Shown: one piece after another, positions 52,476 to 64,000 of the stretch
Layout: every line of letters starts with the position of its first letter
Position numbering within the stretch: the first letter of the stretch is position 1
Origin: Camelus ferus
Lineage: Eukaryota
DNA: 64,000 nt
Direction: 5' to 3'
Assembly: GCF_009834535.1 (NCBI RefSeq)
Contig: NC_045698.1
Span: 12,712,001 to 12,776,000, forward strand
Notes under the pieces: model-generated
The model's database searches: none
The model's input: only the letters and a program-made list of their open reading frames with translations
Told to the model about the DNA's origin: nothing
Made by a program: the position numbers and the translations under genes

Positions 52476-55400
52476 GGTTCATCTTCATATAACATTCTTT
52501 TCATCAAGTCACTCTGCTGATACATTACTAAATGCTGCATTTCTTAAATAGTCGTGTTTAAGTTCCAAGAACCCTTAACCATTTGGCCCAAACCTGAATT
52601 TTCATCTTTATTTGTCATGTTTCCACTAAGTGAATGCTGCCTGCCTAACTAAGATTATACAGAGGGGGGAAATCCACTTTCTTAGTACCAGGAAGCAGAG
52701 TGGCAAACTATTTGAAGAAGAGGTCTTGGTGAATCTCTCAAAATGGAGAAGCGATCCTCAGAAAGACACTGGATAGCGAGAGGATGAGGAGCTCTCTACA
52801 CAACAGAAGGAGGAAGGGAGGAGTGGCGATGGAGCAGAGCCACAGGGTTTAGTCTCAGAAAGACTCTTGGCTTCCCTGGCAGCAAGCTTTCTGGGGAGAA
52901 GAACCATTTGAGTGGAGGTCTATATTCTTGTTATTGTATCCGGAAAACCCTCCTCTATCTTCCCTACAAAATCTCCAGCTAAATTTACTTTGTTCAGTAC
53001 TGCATTTGATAAGAATGGAGTCTTTTTGGCAATGCATGGAAACTCTGAGTCTGTGTCAGGGTTGCTATATTACAAAATCAGTGACTTTGTGATGGGGACT
53101 ACCAACAAATGGCTTCTGCGAGTTATTTTGCCATTTCCTGTACGTGTCTGACATATACCATTCCTGACCTACCCCTTCCATTATTCCTTCCTCTTTGTGC
53201 TTTGCTTCTTTAAAGCCTATATATCTTGTGAGGTCAAAATCAAACTTTCCTTTCTCTAAGAAATCCTAAAAACCATCCTGCCTCCAAATGATCACTTCTG
53301 CTACAGGTGCATTTTACTTATTATGAACCACTGAGCATTTACTTAGTGCCTCTTTCTAGATAGGATTGTTTTACATGCCTCTGCCTGATCCTCTTATATT
53401 CAGGAAGCTCACTGAGGACAGGATTTTTTTAAATCTCTTTTTATCATCACACCCAGCCCAGTACTATATCTCTATACCTGAAAGGAGGCTGATCTTAAAG
53501 GGATAATAAACTTGACTGGATTAGAGAAAACCTTAATGTCAAAGAGAAATAAAAGAGAAGCAGAAAATACTCAAGTTTTAGAGACAGGTTGACAAAGCTT
53601 TAGTAACACTGTGTGATCCTGTTCCAGAGAGGCAGAGCCTCTCACAAAAGTCAGCTGATAAATATTCTCTTCTAAAAAGTGATATTTTGATCAGATACAT
53701 TAGTACATCTAAGACTTTTTAATAACCTTCCTGAAGCAAGCAGCAGATATCCCAGTATAGGAGTCACAGGACAAATGCAATAAGGGACACACTGAAAATA
53801 TACAGGCTTCCCCAGAATGTCTCTACTACCTGTGATACGAGGCTCAGAACAATCACGGATGCCTTGGGAGGAACCTGGTATAACGTACTCGGAATATATT
53901 CCATCACCATAGTCATCATGCTTAATGAACTCTATGTTGTTTTCATGACAGTGTATGAGTTCGGTCTTCCCATCTAAATTATTTATCACATTCATAACGT
54001 TCTGTAGGTACTGTTTGAACACACACCTGATAGGGTAGAAACCGTGATGAGTAGAGTCAGTATTCTGATGCCTGGAATGGGCTACAGGCAGGTAACCAGC
54101 ACAACTTGCAGTTTTCTTTTAAAGATATTTGTTTCTGTGTGGACGTTCTACATAGGGTTTTGCTAGAAGAGGAGGAAGATGAGATCAGCTGAGAAAGCCA
54201 GGACTGACCCTGCTGGAGGAGAAACTCTCAAGTAGGAATACAGTTTTGTTATACCCACAAATATATAATTTGATATCAGAAGACATTGGGAACTGAGAAG
54301 TCAAACATGGCGAAGGTGGCAGTGTAGATGTCTACACCACAGAAAATCCGAAGGACCTCCCTGTATGAAGTCAAGTGAGTAGGTAGCAATATGGATCCAT
54401 GGATATTATATGGTTGGGGATTGAGAAGTCTTAGTAAGAAAATGACTCACTCATTCAAACAACTTTTTGCCTGAAGTTCTTTCCCCCTAGAAACTTACCA
54501 GGGAGGCATTACCTTTGAGAGTTAGTAAGGTGCTTAAGCTTACAGGCTTGGAAGGTTGAGAATCATCTGTCTCTAAGGCTCAGGTTTGTATTAACTGAGT
54601 TTGATGCTGATATGGGACACAGAATGTAAATTTATCCTTTTGCAGTGAAAGCTGTAACTGCCATAGGAACCAGAGCGTTTATGACCTCAGCATCAGTACA
54701 TTCTCTCCCTGCAGGTCAGCCTGTAAGGGAGGACACATTCTAATCAGAACTCTTGCCAGCGAGGCATCAGAACATAAAGCATTCGTTTGATGAACTACAG
54801 TGTTTCTCAGCAGTAGGCTAAATTAGCCTGTTGTTTTCATCACCACAAAAGAAAGGCCTTGACAATGGACCACAGTATCTGCCGTCTGCTGGCTGGGCCC
54901 ATTGCTTATTCAAAATGCTTGAATAAGCAGCTCACATGTACCTTTCTGACTCTCCTGTTACAGCTTCTAGAAGCCGCCAAGCCCACTTTGGAGCAACATA
55001 CTCTTTCTTAAGACTTTTTAATGAACTCTCTCTGACCACATTCAGATCCTTTAGGTTTAAGTCCTTAATGTGACCTTGCAAAATGCAGTGGCCTTTTAGA
55101 AATGATTGTATTTTCTTCTTTTCCTGGTTCGTCAATGATTACTTAATTTCAGCTTGTGGACAATAAGGAGACAAACCCTAGTCATTGTTGGTGATGGGGG
55201 TCTGGTGGCATTATTGAGTGTTGGGGTGGGGAGTGACAAGGTGTTCAAGAAGGGAAGTGGAGACTAGGAAAGCTTTCTAGTCACCAGAGAAACCAGCCTG
55301 AGTTTGGAGTGGGAAAACTTAGGAGATCATTTGTGTTGATTCAGCTGGGATGGTCGCGGGGTGCTGACGTACTGGTGCAGAGAGTTTACCCTAAGATGCA

Positions 55401-57799
55401 TTAGTGCCTAAATTTGTGGCAGCAAGAAAGTGCAAATGCGGGTGAGTGATGACTGCTCAGGTCAGGAGGAGATGGTGTAAATCAGACCCAGTGTAAACTA
55501 AAGACATGGACACCTGAGGCTTGGAGAAAAGGCCTGATATAGGGAGTGGGTTTGGTAATTCTTTCTGGACCACTCAGTCCTATCCTGATTGATGGAGGCA
55601 GCAGAGAAGGTAAATTTTCACTTCACTTCTTCTTGTCTAGTCTACCCTTCTTTCTAATAGAGAGAAAGTAAATTGGAGCATGGAAAAAGTTTTCTTAAAA
55701 AGATTCAACTAAAATCTTAACTAGTAAGCATGTCCACATTTTTCTTTTCCTTTTTACGGCCATATTCTGACAGAATTAGGACAAAATTTAATTTGTTTTG
55801 GAAAGCACTACAGACCCCTCATCAAAAAAAAAAAAAAAAAAAAAGCAAAAATAAATGTCTTTCAGAGGGTCTGTGTCACTGGTTTCAGACAGATTTTGTT
55901 AACAAATCTGAACTTTGTCCTACAGTACTATTTAGCCATTGTTTTGTGAATTGAAACCAAGACATTATTAAATTCTAGCAAGACAAGAAATAAACTAGTT
56001 GTTTAATTGACAGGTTTTTTTTTCTCTTCTATCCAAGATAAAGAAGCAAACAACAAAAAAAAAAATTACAGTGCTATCAGCTGCACTGTGCACGTGCCCT
56101 TATGACAGTGCTGTGTTCTATACCTGACTTCAGTAATCAAATTTCGCGAATATACAAGAAAGGGTTTTTTACAAATAGCTCTGTTCTTGTCATTAATCAA
56201 ATGTGAACCAAACCATTTAATTCCATTTTAGAGGCATTAAACTGATTTTAACCCTTTGTTTTCACCAGCCCACCCTTCTGCCCCTATCTTGTACATGTTA
56301 TTTCTCAAGGAGGTACTCAAAAGAAGTAAGAAATGATGGTGGAATTACTTAAATCATGGAAAACACAATGGCATTTAGGGCTCCGTTGGAGTCCTGCTTT
56401 AATATGTGTCTGGGTTCAAGCTGTGGATCTGCTTTAAATGTGATCATTTTAGAACTAGATCTCTCAGAGTAAATGAGTGGTCTTTGATGTGATTCAACAG
56501 TGGATTTTTTTAATTACGTAGCTCTCTATCTTATGTTGTTGGGTTGCTTGATTTTTTTTTTATTTTGATAAACTTTCTTTGAATATGAAAGTATAAGTAT
56601 AGTCAATTCTGCTATAACATGACACGTGATCTTAAAAACCACCCTCCTATTCAAAGCCACACAATATAAAAGACAAGGCTTGTGGCGGAAATGGGGTTTC
56701 GGGGTATAACACTCAAAAACTGTTACCGACACATACAAAGATGGAAACCTAACAAAATAGGTAGTACGATCTTATACATGTTAAAGGTTAAGAAACATAT
56801 AAATGCTACAACACAAACTGCACTTTAACCTGTATTTGCTTGTAAAATTGCTACAGTTTGTGAGTTATTGGGAAGTGGTGGGAAGGCAGTTATTTTGATT
56901 TGTAGGCTTCCTGATGATTTTCTGCAAAGTTAGACCATGGAGGAGTGAGTAGGAACTTGAGGGTGTTGGAGGCCATGAAGAGTGAGCTTGCGGAGTGTAC
57001 CTGCCAAATTAAATCACATGAATATAACTTTTCTTGTGGTCATGATCACCAGTGCACCAGAAATACAGAAATTCAAGAATATAACTAAGTCAGCTCAACC
57101 CCAACCTCCAAAGGTCCCACTGACTTCAATTTAACGTGAGACTTATCAACGAAAAAGGAAATCAGATCATGGCTATTGTATGAAGTCTGTTTTACTACTG
57201 AAAATGCAAACTAAAAAAAAAAAACAAACCTGATTTTATGTATCATTTAATTGCTATTAAATTTATTTTTAATGATTTACTAATTTGTAATGACATTCAA
57301 AAAAAGAAAAATTACACAATGCTGGAATCTCACATTCCCTAAATAAGTCCTTCAGTTAAAAAATAAATACATATTATATTATTATATAAACATAAAAAAT
57401 ACAATACTATGGAAAGTGGAATAATAAGATATTATTTCTTTATCTATGCATACAGTTAAAATTTAAAGCATTCAATTTATAATCAAACATTTGACTCCGT
57501 AAAATTTTATGCTCTTGTTCTCAAAGGGGCATAAAACATAAACAACATCCAATATGTAAGCCTACATCTTGAAACTTATGTGACAGAAAAAAGATTCAGG
57601 CAATACAAAGTAAAATTGATCTGGTGTTCGTATTCATTAGCATAACAGTCAAGTAAGGGCAAGGATATAAAATGTACAGCATACATGATCCAGAAATCTC
57701 AAGTGAGTTCCAGGAAAATGCTTTATAAGACATCTCAGCCAAACTTGTTAAAGCAATTGCAACTATTCTGACTTGGCATTTGAGGTGTATTACTTAAAC

Positions 57800-58065
57800 C
57801 TGGGTTGGGAAGTAGGCAGAAAGAAGCTGAATTCTGGAGCTGTCAGGGCCATGTCATTCGCTGTGTGAAGACAGCCAGTTTGCAGTGAGGGAGAACCAGA
57901 GACACACAGATAAGGGACAGGCAGCATCCCGTGCCATACAAGCCCATGGAACTCCCACACGCACTCTCGGTTCCACTCCAAGCTTGCCATTTTATCTGTC
58001 CCACCAACTCCATGAATCAATGTATTTCCATTTTTGCTTAAGCTGTGTAAGTTTCTGCCAGTGGT
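57800..58065 (+). mobile_element. Old MaLR LTR fragment (MLT1I/J/K-like)
   Basis: ctggagctgtcagggccatgt ... catgaatcaatgtatttccatttttgcttaagctg ... tttctg. Confidence 0.55.
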
Positions 58066-60864
58066 ATGCATACCGTTTTAAGTACCTATTATTACCCCAC
58101 ACTTAGGGCTTTTTGTGGCTTTGCTGCCCTGACGGTCCTCCCCAAACACTGAAATGTTCTTTCAGCACACTTCTGAGCAATTCCTCTGATGCTTTTAATG
58201 GTTAGATCTCCAAGTAAAGTACAATCACTAAGTTGTAGAAAATGGTGCCTACTTGACTGAAAATAAAACTGAAACCTAAAAGACAAAAGTGGATACCGAC
58301 TTGCTCATCTTGAGTTCAGGCAGAGACAAATTCCTTTTCAGGGAAGAAGAGCGTCCCCTAAGCTACTTACCATTGGGGGCTTTTTGGTGAACAGAGAAAG
58401 TATGGATCCTGGGCTCAGGCTAGTATATTTAGGCAGGGTTAAGGCAAGAGGAAGCTAAACTGCTCTGCCTGAAAAGAGAAGAAGGGAGTTTTTAAATTGG
58501 ACAAAAGTCAGAGTAAGGCCACAGGGTTTACCAGCAAGTCTCTGTGCAACAGAACCACTACTTACGAGCTTGTGCATTGAGTGCAAAAATCCCCCCTTAT
58601 TCCCACAAAGACGTTTCTTGGTTTCTGAGTAACTAGAGTTTCTGGTCAATAGAAATTCTGTGTCATGTTCAGGGTTGGAAAGTTAACCTCCTTTATGTTA
58701 CTTTTGACATGTTCATTGGATTCACAAGTTAAGCTTCTTTGGGTCATGCTCATTCTCGTTGGCTCAGGCTGTCTTGAATATGCAGGCTCTACTTGGCAGA
58801 CCATTTTTGGGATCAACCGTGTTACTTCCTTAAAACTATTTGTGCTCCTCTGTATTATCCAATTTGTTGAATCTGGGCTCTTAAATTCAAATTAAAAGCC
58901 ACACTCTTAGCCTTTAAACTTCCTAGTTCTGGACTGAGATGTAGTAAGGTGAACATTCCTGTGGGGGCATGGGGTACTGTTTTAGCCTATTAGCTATGAA
59001 TCCTATATGGTTCCTTCAAGGAAGGTTCTGACATACAGCCCAAATACATAAATTCTGTTGAATGTATATTTATTTTTGTTTAAGCTTCTTTAATATTTAA
59101 GATCCTAGAGGGTATAGACCATATTGTCTTTAAACTACGGGTAATGAGCTACCATTATTTTAGAAAAGATACATGAAACACACCATAAAAGACCACAGAG
59201 CAGACCAAAGGAAACTGAACTCTTATTCTGACAACTTCTGAGTCAAAGAATTAGAAGAATTTCTTTTTGTAGTTTCAAAGAAGGGAGACTGAATTGAGAA
59301 TATGGTTAACGTAGAAGAAATAATATCATTAATTAAGAAATAATCTGCAATGTTCTATATCTCAAATTCTTTCTTCACTTAAGATAATTACTTTGAGTTG
59401 CACCTGTTAAGTTGGTTATTATTAGTAGACGTCAACTGATTTTGCTTCTGCTTTGAAATTACAATGTCAAGTTTATAACTTTCATAAATTTAAAGGACTT
59501 ATTTTAAACTAAAGAAACATTGCACATTCCCCATAACAACTTTTGCACATTAGATTAAGTTTTTGGCTGAAGCACAATATGATTTTTTTCCCTCTGATAG
59601 GGTAACCTTAAAGATAAATCTATATTTTAATTTATTCCTTCAATGCACTCTCATCCTGTGAATAATGCCATTTTAATAAATTTTACATTAGTTCCAAAAA
59701 TCCTGAGTCACCTAATATATTCCTATAAATTTCATACTTTGGGGCTTTTGGTGCCAAGCTTTAAATCTAATTTAATAATAGTAAAAAATTTTACTCTATT
59801 TTTTGATGCCTTCTGAACTTTATGTAGGTTACAAATATAAGCAAGTCAATCAGTAGAATCACTGCCATGTCATAGGCATTATAGTTAAAACCCAGACCAC
59901 AGAAAAGCTGAAGTGGAGGCAAAAAAAAAAAAAAAAAAAAAAAGAAGACAGCAACAAGATATATAAAGTTGGGCTGCCCAGTTGAGAAACACACGGAAAA
60001 TGCACAGGGTACAAGGGTCATTGATTTCATTGTTGACTTTAGGACAAGTTGATGTCTATTGTCTTTATTTTTTTTAATCAATATCTTTTTCTGATTATGT
60101 TATCCAGTTTTTAGTGTAAGGATACTGAGAAAATATATTTTTAGCAGCTCTTAAAGATAATCATTGTAGGGGGAGATCAACTTTGCTGAAAAGACACTTT
60201 CTAAGTTCAGATTTCAGGGGGAAGAAGGGAGCTCCTTGTCGTAATAAAGGAAGGAAGCAGGTACAGTGTTGCAGAGGGCAAGGCAGGAGAGGATGGCCAA
60301 CTGCTGGGGGTGGAAAGTATGCATTTAGGAAAAGAGAGAGTTGAATGAAGATTTCTTTTTAGTGGAATCCTAGAGATCCCGTTGAAACAGATCTTTGATA
60401 ATCCTACTCCAATTCTGGGGGCAGATGGATTTCTTAAAGAAACTGGTGGGAGGAGTTGAGGTCTGAGTTAAGGTTGCACAGAGATCAAAAAGAGTTAAGT
60501 TTAGCTGTAAAGGTCATTTTCTGTTTCATTTGATGATTAAAAGCTACTTTTAATACACAAAAGTGAAGTTTTAAGATTAGATTTGATTTAATTGAAAAAC
60601 CTGGTCTTAAGTGGTATACTGTCTGCATGACATTAACAGAAATGCAGTCCAGTCATAAAAATTAATTAAAAGAGATTAAATTAACATTACCAAAAATGTT
60701 GGAGGGAAACTCATTCATAACCCACAGTTTACAGGTTAAAATCCTCTTCTCCGCTCCTCCACCAGTATTTTCCAGATCCTGTGGCTGCTCAGAAACTAGT
60801 CTATTGACCCTTCTCTCTCCAACCCCCAGACAGCATCTTATCCTTGTCCCCATCTCCATTTCCA

Positions 60865-61740
60865 ATCTAAATCCAACAAATAGCAGTAGATATTTATTCA
60901 ACATCTACAACTGGTGAAGCAAGCCAATGAATGATGAAGATACATCCAGTGGTGGATAAAATAGAAAAGCAGTTCCTGTCTTCATGACCTGCCATACATT
61001 CTCATGAGGGAAACAGGCAATAAAAGAGAAAAATCAGTAAAATATATAATATGTCAGAAATATACATAATATGTCAAAAACACAAAAGATGAGAGCCAAG
61101 AGCAGTGCTGATGAGTCTGCCATGTCTGTTGGAGGTGGTGGTGGTCAGTGAGATTCTTACTGAGAAGGGGATTTTGAGTAGAAACCTTAAAGAAATAAAG
61201 AAGCAAGGCATGCAGTGCACAAGGGGAGAGGATTCCAGGCCCAGGGAACATCAGGTACGGATGGACGGTTTGTGTAGTAATTCTGGCATGTTCAAGGGTG
61301 GGAAAGGAGGCCTGTGAGGTGAAGAAGAGAGTAGAAGGGGAAGGTTAGTGAAGGAAGGGTTCAGAGAATGTGTGTGACTTTACAGGTAACAGAAGGACTC
61401 CTCCCTTTATTCCGCATGAGATGGAGGCCACTGAGAGTCTCTGAGTGAAAGAGTGGTACTATCTTGTTCTGTTTTAACACTCTCTGAGTTGAGAATAGAC
61501 AAACCAGAGTAAAGGGAGGCAAGACTGGACACAAGAAACTTAATCAGGCGATTTTTGACAATAATTCAGGAGAGAGACAACAGTGTTTTGGACCACATGA
61601 TGGTAAAATGAGGGTGATATGAGGTAGCAGGATCCTAAATACATTTTGAAGGTAGCACCAATGGAAATATTTTTGGTAGACCATATGGGAAAATGGAGAT
61701 GAAACAAGTCTGGAAGAATATTTTGGCAAATGGAATCAAT
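60865..61740 (-). mobile_element. L2 LINE 3' fragment
   Basis: atatttattcaacatctac ... gttcctgtcttcatg ... gagatggaggccactgagagt ... aataattcaggagagagacaacagtgttttggac ... acattttgaaggtag. Confidence 0.8.
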
Positions 61741-62459
61741 ATACAAAAAATGGCAAGGTGATACTGTAATGTGAGACGCTGTCCACTCAAGTCTGGAGGG
61801 ACAACTTGGGGCAGTGTGCTCAGAATAAAACCTTTCCATTCCAGACTTGGCCAACCAGGCACATCTTTATTTAAAGTGGCCTGTAATTTCCTTTTCTAAT
61901 CTAGGTTTTGACCTCCAGGTATAACACTTAAAGAGGAAAAGGATAGCCATGTAGAAATGCAAAATTAGGAACCACAGGAGACTTTTTCATGTTGTACCTG
62001 GGCCTAGGATGAAAAGAATCTACCTCAGTTTCAATAATTTTGTATTCTGGTTATTTCCTTAGTCGTATGGATTCAACGTTACATCAAAACCTCCAAGCCT
62101 CTACAATATCCTAGAAAAACTGACAGTCCAAACATCCAGCAAGTTAACTTCTTCTAATTTAAAATGGTCCTCACGAAGAAATGAGATTTTATTCCTATCA
62201 CTCTAGCATTTGAAATGGAAACAGAAATGTATTCGATTTAAAAGATTGTATTTGGTCACTGGGGTAAAATAATTAAAATGTTAAATGTTGATCCCTGGTT
62301 ATCTGTATCATAATGACAGAATTTGTGAATTATCTTTGATTTCAGATAGTTACTTGTTTGGGAGGTAAGATAGCAAATGACTTGCACTTGTAGATACTGG
62401 TACACATTCTTAAATTAGAATCAACTGTCATAAAATCTACATTAAAATGAATAATCTGC

Positions 62460-62978
62460 TAGAAGCTTCTCAGTTTGGCTTGTCTGGACACGAGACCAAG
62501 TGAGACAGACTAAGCCAGAAACAGGACGCATCTCGAGACGGACTCAGCGAGATTTCAGCTGGTGGGAACGACGTGGGCTGAGCAGTCTCGCGAGACCTGA
62601 AGGTACCGCAGTGGTGGCTGCCGCCAGAGGGAGGAAGAGAGGACCGGAAGTTCTTCATCTTGAGCATCCAGTGCTGAAAGCAACCTGGGTGGAAGTTCCA
62701 CCTCCTTGAGCCCCCCCACCATTCCAGAAGTTTGTCTGTCACCTGTGCTTGCCACGACCCTTTTCCCCGTTTTATCCCTATACCAGGAAAGGATATGTTA
62801 ATGTCTGTCTCCCAGCTCCACTGAAGGGGATGGAGCCAGGGTTCCTTCCCTGCGCCGCCATGTAGCTGGGAAGTGGGACCTGGCGGTGGTTGGACCTCTG
62901 GGATCCTGAAGGAAGTGGGGAGACGCTCAGAACTCAGCTTCTGTTTCTGCTACCAGGACACGGCCTCCTCCTGCTGCC
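62460..62978 (+). promoter_or_regulatory. CpG-rich leader/promoter-like segment co-inserted with the RNF167 retrocopy
   Basis: There is a sharp switch from AT-rich, CpG-poor flank to GC/CpG-rich sequence near 62460-62490. It contains TCTCGCGAGA (62586-62595), CCGGAAGT (62644-62651) and GCCGCCATG (62854-62862). Confidence 0.6.
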
Positions 62979-63998
62979 ATGCACCCTGCGGCCTTCCGGC
63001 TTCCCGTCGTTGTGGCCACTGTGCTGTGGGGCGCGGCCCCTCTCCAGGGCCTCATTCGAGCGACTTCGGACCACAATGCCAGCATGGACTTTGCAGACCT
63101 CCCAGCTCTCTTTGGGGCTGCCTTGAGCCGGGAGGGACTTAAGGGGTTCCTTGTGGAGGCTCATCCAGCCAATGCCTGCAGCCCCATAGCCCCACCGCCC
63201 GCAGCCTGGGTCAACGGGTCAGTTTTCATTGCACTGCTTCGAAGATTCGACTGCAACTTTGACCTCAAGGTCCTAAATGCTCAGAAGGCTGGGTACGAGG
63301 CAGCTGTGGTACACAATGTGAATTCCAATGAACTTCTGAACATGGTGTGGAATAATGAGGAAATCCAGCAGCAGATCTGGATCCCGTCTGTGTTTATCGG
63401 GGAGAGGAGCTCTAAGTACCTGCGTGCCCTCTTCGTCTACCAGAAGGGGGCTCAGGTGCTTCTGATCCCAGACAATAGATTCCTCTTGGGCTATTGCCTC
63501 ATCCTTTTCACTGGGATTTTGGGGTTGCTAATCCTGGGCACGGGAGCAACGATGACAGTTCGTTTTATCCAGCTCCAGAAAGAGCTCCGGCAAAATCGAC
63601 TGACCCAAGAGCAACTGAACCTGATTCCTACACATGACTATCGGAAGGGAGACCAGTATGATGTCTGTGCCATCTGCCTGGACGAATATGAGGATGGGGA
63701 CAAGCTGAGGGTCCTTCCCTGTGCGCACGCCTATCACAGCCGCTGTGTGGACCCCTGGCTCACTCAAACCCGGAAGACCTGCCCTGTCTGCAAGCAGCCT
63801 GTTCATCGGGATCCTGGAGAGGCGGAGCAGGAGGAAGAAACTCAGGGACAAGAGGGTGAGGAGGAAGGGCAGCCAAGGGGCCACCCTGCCTCAGAACGGA
63901 CCCCACTTCTGGGCTCCAGCACCGTACTTCCCAAATCCTTTGGCTCCCTAGCCCCAGCCCCCTTTGTGTTTCTTGGGTCTTCAACAGATGCCTGCCCT
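62979..63998 (+). CDS. RNF167: Intronless RNF167-like PA-TM-RING E3 ubiquitin ligase (retrocopy with intact ORF; 3' end beyond the window)
   Basis: Manual translation from ATG 62979 gives 340 codons with no stop or frameshift: [46 protein letters not shown]...[31 protein letters not shown]...[44 protein letters not shown]...SERTPLLGS. It is colinear with RNF167 as recalled. The parent is multi-exon and no CDS introns are seen here, so this is a retrocopy and not the parental locus. Confidence 0.93.
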   Translation, partial: MHPAAFRLPVVVATVLWGAAPLQGLIRATSDHNASMDFADLPALFGAALSREGLKGFLVEAHPANACSPIAPPPAAWVNGSVFIALLRRFDCNFDLKVLNAQKAGYEAAVVHNVNSNELLNMVWNNEEIQQQIWIPSVFIGERSSKYLRALFVYQKGAQVLLIPDNRFLLGYCLILFTGILGLLILGTGATMTVRFIQLQKELRQNRLTQEQLNLIPTHDYRKGDQYDVCAICLDEYEDGDKLRVLPCAHAYHSRCVDPWLTQTRKTCPVCKQPVHRDPGEAEQEEETQGQEGEEEGQPRGHPASERTPLLGSSTVLPKSFGSLAPAPFVFLGSSTDACP

Positions 63999-64000
63999 TC

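Noticed and set aside
62470..63984. ORF-track entries overlapping the RNF167 copy (62873, 62890, 62934, 63528, 63721, 63760 and others)
   Set aside because: They are alternative-frame or antisense shadows of GC-rich sequence. The real frame starts at 62979.
62979..64000. Parental RNF167 locus
   Set aside because: There are no CDS introns and no SLC25A11 coding sequence upstream. The flank is an AT-rich repeat desert.

Overview
AT-rich, repeat-rich mammalian genomic DNA. It is most likely camelid, because it carries two tRNA-Ala-derived SINEs of the Vic-1 type. About 62 kb is intergenic or intronic and filled with L1, L2, MIR, MaLR/ERVL LTRs and hAT/Tigger DNA transposon fossils. Almost all ORFs in the supplied track are spurious. 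The main feature is missing from that track because it has no stop codon inside the window. It is an intronless, uninterrupted RNF167 (PA-TM-RING E3 ligase) retrocopy starting at 62979 (+) and running 340 codons off the window end. Its RING-H2, PA core, glycosylation sequons and dileucine motif are conserved, while the transmembrane/juxtamembrane segment is heavily remodelled. It also carries a CpG-rich leader with TCTCGCGAGA and ETS motifs, so it is a candidate functional retrogene with an inherited promoter. Two other unusual TSD-bounded insertions are present: an L1 lacking almost all of ORF2 with a splice-like junction, and a polyadenylated ERV mRNA copy mobilised by L1. Repeat family names and RNF167 comparisons come from recalled consensus or reference sequences, not database searches. 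Boundaries of old repeats are approximate.
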